Assembly: GCA_046758965.1 (NCBI GenBank)
Contig: JBHIBG010000072.1
Coordinates: 1-13,565, forward strand
Direction of reading: 5' to 3'
From: Candidatus Methylomirabilia bacterium
GTDB taxonomy: Bacteria > Methylomirabilota > Methylomirabilia > Rokubacteriales > CSP1-6
DNA length: 13,565 bases
Shown here in pieces: positions 7,225 through 13,565 of this stretch. The notes under the pieces were generated by a model, which saw only the letters and a program-made list of their open reading frames with translations, had not been told where the DNA came from and did no database searches. Made by a program: the position numbers and the translations under genes. Position 1 is the stretch's first letter, and every line of letters starts with the position of its first letter.

Positions 7225-8387
7225 TCCTTCCCTCGTCGGATCGATGAGCGGATCAAGTGCCTGAGGAGCTTGCTCCGCTGAGCCCCCTCGAGGAAGGCGG
7301 CCAGGTTCTCGTAGACCGTGGGATCCTGAAGAAGGCCGCCGAGGGTTCCTTCCCCTGAGGCGAGCCGGTCGGTGATCGTGCGGAGGTTCGCCATGGCGAC
7401 GGCGAAGTCCGTCGCCGCCTGCCCCGCCGGCCCCTCCCGCTCATCCCGGAGCAGCCCTCCCAGGACGCCTCTCCCCCGAGTCAGCCTCTCGGAGACGTCA
7501 CGGAAATTCCGGGCCACGACCTGCAGATCCTCGACCACGGACTTGTAGCGGGGCTCGAACAGGAGGGCGGCCAGGAGTGAATCCCTCTCCTCGACCTTCT
7601 CTGCCACCCGGCCCAGGGACTCCATGGCCAGGAGGAACTGCCGAGCCGCGCGGCCGCTCTCGGCGGAGAGAAGAACGGACACCGCGCTCTCCCTCGGCTG
7701 GTCCTCTCCCAGGAGCTGCTGGGTCGAGGCCAGGAGCGCGTTGAGGCGTCTGAGGGCCTTGGGCTCTTCGTAGAGGAGCACATGCAGCCAGCCGCTCCCC
7801 GTCTCTACCTGCTCGGCGATCCGCCGCGCCGATTTGAGCGTGGCCGAGAGGTCCCTGATGGCATCCTGCACGTCGAGGGTGCCGACCACGCTTCTCAGGT
7901 CCTCGGCGAGCGCGGCCATATCTTTCAGGATCTTTGCCCCCTGGCCGGCGATCTGAGTGTACTCCAGCGGCTCCCGGGTCGCGAGGGTCTCGCCCGGCTT
8001 GAGCACCGGGGCCTCCGGGCTCCCGAGGGAGATCTCCACGACCTTATCGCCCAGGAGCCCCTGGGTCTCAAGGCGAGCCACGGAGTCTTTCCGGATCTGG
8101 TTGGCGAACCGGCGCCTAATCTCCAGCGTCACTCTCACCTTCCCGCCCGGCGCCTCGGAGAGCGTCACGCCGGTGACCCGGCCGATCTGGACGCCGGCGA
8201 GTCGGACCACCGCGCCTTGGAGCAACCCGCCCACTTGGGCGTACTCGGCCGTCAGATTGTACTTGGCTTCCAAGATCTGCAACTGACCCCCGAGCAGGTA
8301 GACGAGTATCCCGAACACGACCAGCGAGATCACCACGAAGAGGCCGGTTCGGATCTGAAGGGCGAGCTGCCGACGGTCCTGGGGCAT
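7221..8387 (-). CDS. mlaD: MlaD/Mce-family substrate-binding protein with long helical C-terminus
   Basis: Single N-terminal TM (TGLFVVISLVVFGILVYLLG); MCE motifs GLLQGAVVRLAGVQIGRV and IRKDSVARLETQGLLGDKVVEISLG. Likely start is ATG 8387, 1 nt after the mlaF stop, rather than 8567. Confidence 0.9.
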   Translation of the reverse strand: MPQDRRQLALQIRTGLFVVISLVVFGILVYLLGGQLQILEAKYNLTAEYAQVGGLLQGAVVRLAGVQIGRVTGVTLSEAPGGKVRVTLEIRRRFANQIRKDSVARLETQGLLGDKVVEISLGSPEAPVLKPGETLATREPLEYTQIAGQGAKILKDMAALAEDLRSVVGTLDVQDAIRDLSATLKSARRIAEQVETGSGWLHVLLYEEPKALRRLNALLASTQQLLGEDQPRESAVSVLLSAESGRAARQFLLAMESLGRVAEKVEERDSLLAALLFEPRYKSVVEDLQVVARNFRDVSERLTRGRGVLGGLLRDEREGPAGQAATDFAVAMANLRTITDRLASGEGTLGGLLQDPTVYENLAAFLEGAQRSKLLRHLIRSSIRRGKE

Positions 8388-8388
8388 G

Positions 8389-9150
8389 TCAGGAGGTCCT
8401 GAGGTCGCCGGCCAGGAATGCCCGGACTGCCGGGTTTTCTGAGCGGTGGATCTCCTCGGGAGTCCCGGCCGCCACCACCCACCCTTCGTGGAGCAGAGCC
8501 ATCTGATCGGCAACGATACCTGCAAACTCCTGGTCATGGGTGACCACGATGGCGGTGTCGCAGACACCGCTGCGGAGCCGGCAGATCAGATCGGCCACCA
8601 GCTTGGCGTTCGTGAGGTCGAGCCCTGCTGTGGGCTCGTCGAAATACACCACCTCGGGCTCCAAGACCAGGGCGCGGGCAATCCCGACCCGCTTTTTCAT
8701 GCCTCCCGACAGTTCGGCGGGCAGCAGCGACTCGATCCCCTCGAGGCCCACCAGGGAGAGGAACCTTTCCACCCGGTCCGCGATCTCGCGCTCGCTCATG
8801 CGGGTGTGCTCCCGGAGGGGATAGGCCACGTTCTCGAAGACCGAGAGTGAATCGAAGAGGGCAGCGCCCTGGAAGACGAACCCCATCCGCCGGCGGAGGG
8901 GGAGCATCTGTTCCTCGCGGAGGGGAACGATCTCGGTCCCGAAGAGCTGGATCGAGCCGGCGTCGGGTTTGATCAGCCCGGCGATGAGCCTGAGGAGTAC
9001 GGTCTTGCCCTGGCCGCTCGGCCCCATGATGGCCAGCGTGCTCCCTCTCTCGAGGGTCAGGCTCACCCCCCGAAGCACCTCGTGCCCGTCAAAGGCCTTG
9101 AGAACGTGCCGGGCTTCGACCAGCGGCTCACTCACGAGGGATCTCCTCAT
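8389..9150 (-). CDS. mlaF: MlaF/Mkl-family ABC transporter ATP-binding protein
   Basis: Walker A GPSGQGKT, Q-loop FVFQGAALFDSL, signature ELSGGMKKRVGIARAL, Walker B YFDEPTAGLD, VVTHD. Lies between mlaE and mlaD. Confidence 0.95.
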   Translation of the reverse strand: MRRSLVSEPLVEARHVLKAFDGHEVLRGVSLTLERGSTLAIMGPSGQGKTVLLRLIAGLIKPDAGSIQLFGTEIVPLREEQMLPLRRRMGFVFQGAALFDSLSVFENVAYPLREHTRMSEREIADRVERFLSLVGLEGIESLLPAELSGGMKKRVGIARALVLEPEVVYFDEPTAGLDLTNAKLVADLICRLRSGVCDTAIVVTHDQEFAGIVADQMALLHEGWVVAAGTPEEIHRSENPAVRAFLAGDLRTS

Positions 9151-9926
9151 GGCCAGAACAGGGCCAGGAAAAGTTTAGTCAGAAAGAAGTCGACGATAAT
9201 GACGCCCATCGCAACCTGCACCACCGTGGCGGTGGTGGCGCGGCCCAGCCCCTCGGTGCCCCCCTCGGTGGACAGGCCGTTGTAGCAGCCGATCAGCGTA
9301 ACGATGACAGCGAAGACCACGCTCTTGCCGATCCCCGTCAGGAAGTCTCGCAGGACCACCCAGTAGAAAATATTGTTCCAGTACACGAACGCGTCCACCT
9401 GACGCTCGTAGACCGACACGAACATCCCGCCGAGGAGGCCGACGAAGTCGGCCAGCACCGTGAGCAGCGGGAACACCAGGAGGGCGGCCAAGAGGCGGGG
9501 CACGATGAGCTTCTTGACATAATTGACGCCGATGGCGCGAAGGGCATCAATCTGCTCGGTCACCTTCATGGAGCCAAGCTCGGCGGTGATACCCGAGGCC
9601 ACCTTCCCTCCCACCAGAATGGCGGTGAGCACCGGCCCCAGCTCTCGGAGGACGGAAAGGGCGACGACGGGACCCACATAGGCCTCCGCACCGAAGCGCG
9701 CCATGTTCACCCCGCTCTGAAGCGCCAGAACCATCCCGGTAAAGACGGCCGCCATCAGGGCCACTATCAAGGAGCGGATCCCGATGGTGTCGATCTCCTG
9801 GACCACCAGCCGCCAGTAGGGACGCGGGAGGGCCAGGTTCCGCGCTATCTGGGCTGAGAGGAGACCGATGCCTCCATACCAGATTACCGCCTCCCGCCCC
9901 TGGACCTTAAGCGAAACCCCTATCAT
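9147..9926 (-). CDS. mlaE: MlaE/YrbE-family ABC transporter permease
   Basis: FTGMVLALQ, LRELGPVLTAILVGGKVASGITAELGSMKVTEQIDALRAIG, LIVPRLLA, GGTEGLGRATT; multiple TM segments. Confidence 0.96.
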   Translation of the reverse strand: MIGVSLKVQGREAVIWYGGIGLLSAQIARNLALPRPYWRLVVQEIDTIGIRSLIVALMAAVFTGMVLALQSGVNMARFGAEAYVGPVVALSVLRELGPVLTAILVGGKVASGITAELGSMKVTEQIDALRAIGVNYVKKLIVPRLLAALLVFPLLTVLADFVGLLGGMFVSVYERQVDAFVYWNNIFYWVVLRDFLTGIGKSVVFAVIVTLIGCYNGLSTEGGTEGLGRATTATVVQVAMGVIIVDFFLTKLFLALFWP

Positions 9927-9938
9927 CGCGCACCCCCG

Positions 9939-10436
9939 TCACGGCACCACCAAGCTCTCGACAAGGACCTGAAACTCCGGCTTGCCGCGAGCGAACTCCC
10001 CCGGCGGCGCCACGTAGACCAGGTCATATACGCACCGCTCCCCTTTGAGCACGTACGCCTCCACTTTCACTGGATCGCCATCCAGCTTCCCCTCCAGGAC
10101 CATCCGGATCGCCGGATGCCCCGCCACGCTCACCTCGGCCCGCTCGACAAGCCGCCGCCCCTCCAGGCCGAAGGAGAGGTGTCGGGCCAGCACGGGCAAC
10201 GACCGGCGGAGCGGGTTTCCCTCGCACGTGGCGTGAGCCAGAATTCCGGCCCGAGAGGCCGCGTCCCGGAGTTCCAGGTCGGCCCGCCCGTCAGTCTCGA
10301 CCCGCCACGCTCCGGCCGGGAGCCTCACCTCGTACCCCTTGGGAGAATGGAACACCCCGCTCTCGATGCGGGAGGCGCTGCACGCCATCACCAGGAGAAA
10401 GAGAAGCGGGGCTCCTCGCCTGAGCCATCCCGGCAT
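9939..10436 (-). CDS. Uncharacterised lipoprotein (165 aa), possibly Mog1p/PsbP/DcrB-like fold
   Basis: ATG 10436 (or GTG 10439) after GAGGAAG. Signal MPGWLRRGAPLLFLLVMA-C19 has a basic N-region, hydrophobic core and lipobox-like VMA-C. It fills the gap between hisIE and mlaE. The fold guess rests only on the pattern GYEVRLPAGAW ... VAGHPAIRM ... VYDLVYVAP ... FQVLVESL. Confidence 0.75.
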   Translation of the reverse strand: MPGWLRRGAPLLFLLVMACSASRIESGVFHSPKGYEVRLPAGAWRVETDGRADLELRDAASRAGILAHATCEGNPLRRSLPVLARHLSFGLEGRRLVERAEVSVAGHPAIRMVLEGKLDGDPVKVEAYVLKGERCVYDLVYVAPPGEFARGKPEFQVLVESLVVP

Positions 10437-10452
10437 CACGCTGGACTCTTCC

Positions 10453-11118
10453 TCAGCCCTGACTTCCCTCGGAGCGCGCCGCCCGCTCGCGGTGACGCTG
10501 AGCGAGCTCTTGGAAGAGCCGCCTGAGAGGGATCCCCCGGCCTCCGAGGAGCACCGTGGTGTGAAACCAGAGGTCGGCAACTTCCGAGACCAGCCGATCG
10601 TCTCCCTCTCCCCCCAGGGCCGCGGCAACCACCTCGCTCGCTTCCTCTTCCACCTTCTGGCAGATAGCGCCCTCGCCCCTGGCCAGCAGCTCCGCTACGT
10701 AGGAGCCGGGCCGGGGCGCCGCCTTTCTCGACTGAATCACCCTCTCCACCAGCTCCAGGATCGCCGGCCCCTCCCATCTGGACCCCACCACCCCTTCGCC
10801 GTCGAGGGGCGAGAAGAAGCAGGTGCGGCTCCCCGTGTGACAGGCCACGCCGTCCTGGTGAACCAGCACGAGGAGCGCATCCTGGTCACAGTCGGCATAG
10901 ATGGCCTCCACATGCTGGGTGTGTCCCGAGGTCTCGCCCTTCCGCCAGAGCGCCTGCCGCGAGCGGGACCAGAAGTGGGTGACCCCGGCTTGTCGGGTCG
11001 CCTGAAGCGCGCCCCGATCCATCCAGGCCAGCATCAACACTTCACCCGTCGTGGCCTCCTGGACGATCGCCGGGATCAGCCCGTCGGGGTCAAACCTGAG
11101 TCCGTCAACAGCGCTCAT
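10453..11118 (-). CDS. hisIE: Bifunctional phosphoribosyl-AMP cyclohydrolase / phosphoribosyl-ATP pyrophosphatase
   Basis: HisI motifs [44 protein letters not shown]; HisE motifs [24 protein letters not shown]. Confidence 0.96.
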   Translation of the reverse strand: MSAVDGLRFDPDGLIPAIVQEATTGEVLMLAWMDRGALQATRQAGVTHFWSRSRQALWRKGETSGHTQHVEAIYADCDQDALLVLVHQDGVACHTGSRTCFFSPLDGEGVVGSRWEGPAILELVERVIQSRKAAPRPGSYVAELLARGEGAICQKVEEEASEVVAAALGGEGDDRLVSEVADLWFHTTVLLGGRGIPLRRLFQELAQRHRERAARSEGSQG

Positions 11119-11876
11119 TCTTCCACCCTCACCGGGACACCCCGGGCTCTCAGGTAGAGCTTGGCGTCCCGGACGGTGTAGGTCCCGAAGTGAAAAATCG
11201 AGGCAGCCAGGAGCGCGTCGGCCCTTCCCAGCGTCGCGCCTTCAACCAGGTGCTGGAGATTCCCCACGCCGCCGGAGGCGATCACCGGAATCGACACCCC
11301 TTCGGCGACCGCCCGGGTCAGCGCCAGATCATACCCGTCCTTCGTGCCATCCCGGTCCATACTCGTCAGGAGGATCTCACCACCTCCCAGGCTCTCCACT
11401 TCCTGGGCCCAGGCGAGGGCATCCCGGCCCGTCGGCCGCCGGCCCCCGTGGGTATAGACGACCCACCGGCCGTTGTCCTGCTTGGCGTCGATGGCCACCA
11501 CGATGCACTGGCTCCCGAAGCGCTCGGCGGCCTCGCGGATCACGGCAGGCTGTTGGACGGCCGCCGTGTTCAGAGAGACCTTGTCCGCCCCCGCCCGCAG
11601 CAGCATCCGGAGATCTTCGACGGTCCGGACTCCACCGCCCACGGTGAGCGGCATGTAGATCCGCTCGGCGGTCTTTCGCACCACATCCAGCATCACGGCG
11701 CGCTCTTCGTGGGAGGCAGTAATGTCCAGGAACACGAGCTCATCGGCGCCCTGCGCATCGTAGGCCTCCGCCACTTCCACCGGATCACCGGCATCCCGGA
11801 GGTTCACGAACTTGACGCCTTTGACCACCCGGCCATCCGTAACATCCAGGCAGGGAATGATGCGCTTGGCCAGCAT
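11115..11876 (-). CDS. hisF: Imidazole glycerol phosphate synthase cyclase subunit
   Basis: [69 protein letters not shown]. Start set at the canonical MLAKR ATG (11876). Confidence 0.99.
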   Translation of the reverse strand: MLAKRIIPCLDVTDGRVVKGVKFVNLRDAGDPVEVAEAYDAQGADELVFLDITASHEERAVMLDVVRKTAERIYMPLTVGGGVRTVEDLRMLLRAGADKVSLNTAAVQQPAVIREAAERFGSQCIVVAIDAKQDNGRWVVYTHGGRRPTGRDALAWAQEVESLGGGEILLTSMDRDGTKDGYDLALTRAVAEGVSIPVIASGGVGNLQHLVEGATLGRADALLAASIFHFGTYTVRDAKLYLRARGVPVRVEE

Positions 11877-11889
11877 GGATGGCCCGCCC

Positions 11890-12606
11890 CTACCCGACCG
11901 CCGCGAGGGCTTCTCGCAGATCCACCGCACCGGTGTACAGCACTCGCCCCACGATGGCTCCCGCCACGCCCGGCAGTGAGGCGAGGCGCCTGAGATCCGT
12001 CAGCTGTCCGACCCCCCCCGAGGCCAGGACCGGGACTCCGGCGGCCCGGGCCACAGCCTCGGTGGTTGCCAGGGCGGGCCCCGCCTCAGTCCCGTCCTGG
12101 CCGATGTCGGTATAGAGAACGGCAGAAGCCCCCGCCTCGGCGGCCCGGCTGGCCAGCTCCACGGCCGGGAGCTCCAGGATGCGCCTCCACCCATCCACGG
12201 CCACGCGCCCCGAGGACGCGTCAACAGCCACGATAACCTGGTCCGGGTGGCGCCGGCACGCCTCGACCAGGAACTCCGGATCCAGCGCCGCCCTGGTGCC
12301 GATCACTGCCCAGCGTGCTCCAGCCTCGAGCATCCCCCCGATCGCCTCAAGGGTCCTGAGCCCTCCCCCGGCCTGAACTGGCACCGCCACGCTCCGGGCG
12401 ATCTGCGCGATCAGCTCTGTCTGCCTGGGCGTCCCTGAAAAGGCCCCGTCCAGGTCCACCACGTGGAGGCGCGGGGCGCCCAGCTCGGCCCACCTGATCG
12501 CCACCGCCACCGGATCGTCCGAGAACACGGTCTCCAACTCCGCCCGCCCCTGGAGGAGGCGTACACAGCGACCGGCCCGGAGATCGACCGCCGGGATCAC
12601 CATCAT
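11890..12606 (-). CDS. hisA: ProFAR isomerase (phosphoribosylformimino-AICAR-P isomerase)
   Basis: [55 protein letters not shown] overlap with the hisH stop (alternative ATG at 12603); SD GGAG upstream. Confidence 0.96.
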   Translation of the reverse strand: MMVIPAVDLRAGRCVRLLQGRAELETVFSDDPVAVAIRWAELGAPRLHVVDLDGAFSGTPRQTELIAQIARSVAVPVQAGGGLRTLEAIGGMLEAGARWAVIGTRAALDPEFLVEACRRHPDQVIVAVDASSGRVAVDGWRRILELPAVELASRAAEAGASAVLYTDIGQDGTEAGPALATTEAVARAAGVPVLASGGVGQLTDLRRLASLPGVAGAIVGRVLYTGAVDLREALAAVG

Positions 12607-13220
12607 CGCCGCGTCTCCACCGCGATCCGGGCGAAGTTCTCGAGCAGCTTGAGGCCCCACCGCTGACTCTTCTCGGGGTGGAACTGGGTGCCAAAGAGCC
12701 TCCCCTTGCTGACTGCGGCCGCAAAGCCCACCCCGTACTGGCACGTAGCCACGCCGAGGGCGGCGTCGAGAGGCTCCGGGTAGTACGAGTGGACAAAGTA
12801 AAAGTGGGCCCCGCTGGGAATGCCGTCGAAGAGGACCAGGTCACCGCCGTGGACAACCTGGTTCCAGCCCATGTGGGGCACTTTCACTCCTCTGGGAAAG
12901 CGCCGGACCACTCCGGGGATCAGGTCCAGCCCCTTCCCGTGGCCAAACTCCTCACTCTCCGAGAAGAGGAGTTGGTATCCGAGGCAGATCCCGAGGAACG
13001 GTCGGCCGCCCGCCAGCGCCTCCCGAAGCGGCTCGAGCAGATCCAGCGAGGCCAAATTTGCCATGGCGTCGTGGAAAGCTCCGTCGCCGGGAAGCACAAG
13101 AGCCTGGGCCTCCCGGACCACCCGCGGCGCCTGGGTGACCACGGCTTGCACCCCGACCCGGTGGAAGGCCTTCTCCACGCTCCCGAGGTTGCCTCGCCCG
13201 TAGTCAAGGATGGCAATCAT
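12603..13220 (-). CDS. hisH: Imidazole glycerol phosphate synthase glutamine amidotransferase subunit
   Basis: MIAILDYGRGNLGSV, LPGDGAF, LGICLGYQLL (nucleophile Cys), KVPHMGWN, FYFVHSY, QFHPEKS. Canonical start is ATG 13220; an in-frame GTG at 13244 is also possible. Confidence 0.98.
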   Translation of the reverse strand: MIAILDYGRGNLGSVEKAFHRVGVQAVVTQAPRVVREAQALVLPGDGAFHDAMANLASLDLLEPLREALAGGRPFLGICLGYQLLFSESEEFGHGKGLDLIPGVVRRFPRGVKVPHMGWNQVVHGGDLVLFDGIPSGAHFYFVHSYYPEPLDAALGVATCQYGVGFAAAVSKGRLFGTQFHPEKSQRWGLKLLENFARIAVETRR

Positions 13221-13228
13221 ACTTTTAC

Positions 13229-13293
13229 TCGGAGGGGGGTTCACCCCCCTCCGAAGCTCCCCCCGCTGCCGGTTGCGGCGGCGAAGCCGCCGC
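13229..13293. repeat. Two perfect GC-rich inverted repeats (REP-like element)
   Basis: TCGGAGGGGGG-TTCA-CCCCCCTCCGA (13229-13254, 11-bp stem) and GCGGCGGC-GAA-GCCGCCGC (13275-13293, 8-bp stem), 20 nt apart in the hisB-hisH gap. Confidence 0.75.
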
Positions 13294-13442
13294 CCGACCC
13301 GCGCTCCATCACAAGCCTCTCCGACCTCACGCTCGATTGCCGGTTCTTTTCTTCGCGGGGACTCGCGCTCACCGGCCGGGCTTCCTCCCGGAACGCGCCG
13401 ACTTAGGCCGGTCTAGCTTTCTCCCGGACTGCTTGCTCATTT

Positions 13443-13565
13443 TTAGAGGTGGCCTTTGGTGGACGGGACGCCGGAAACCCGGGGGTTGAGCCGCGTGGCC
13501 AGCGCCAGGACGCGCCCCACCGCCTTGAACACCGCCTCGGCGATGTGGTGGAGGTTCTCGCCGTA
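13443..13565 (-). CDS. hisB: Imidazoleglycerol-phosphate dehydratase, C-terminal fragment (5' part outside window; absent from ORF track)
   Basis: Manual translation [40 protein letters not shown] shows the NxHHxxEAxFKA metal motif and the PSTKG C-terminus. Confidence 0.97.
   Translation of the reverse strand, partial: YGENLHHIAEAVFKAVGRVLALATRLNPRVSGVPSTKGHL

Noticed and set aside
8388..8567. Extended N-termini in the ORF track (mlaD from 8567; likewise lipoprotein from 10628, hisF from 11930, hisA from 12744, rlmB from 868)
   Set aside because: The extensions overlap upstream genes and lack family-like sequence; downstream starts fit family N-termini and stop/start coupling better.
13076..13096. 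HisH oxyanion strand reads PGDG rather than PGVG
   Set aside because: The catalytic Cys and His-x-Glu are intact, and to my knowledge this position varies among HisH proteins; not enough to claim altered function.
13221..13442. Possible his attenuator or leader peptide
   Set aside because: Neither mini-ORF contains His codons, the hairpins lack a U-tract on the coding strand, and the site is internal to the operon.

Overview
GC-rich bacterial chromosomal core region. All real genes lie on the minus strand in one tightly packed run. In transcription order: hisB (3' end only) - 222-bp intergenic region with two perfect hairpins - hisH - hisA - hisF - hisIE - uncharacterised lipoprotein - mlaE/mlaF/mlaD-like Mce ABC transporter - radA - PIN/TRAM membrane protein (YacL-like) - ispD - ispF - gltX - cysS - rlmB-like methyltransferase - sigma70-like promoter - tRNA-Thr(UGU), which is cut by the window edge. 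I see no mobile element, CRISPR array or defence system. Four things deserve a second look. (1) An Mce transporter with a long, internally repeated MlaD is preceded by a possibly PsbP/DcrB-fold lipoprotein, with no MlaA/B/C or PqiC gene nearby. (2) The GluRS anticodon-domain residues look like the tRNA-Gln-charging GluRS2 or non-discriminating type. (3) A REP-like double hairpin sits inside the his operon and is spanned by two overlapping mini-ORFs. (4) A Bacillus-like radA-yacL-ispDF-gltX-cysS-rlmB block lacks disA, cysE and mrnC. The repeat and gene content remind me of Ca. Rokubacteria/Methylomirabilota, but that is unverified recollection.
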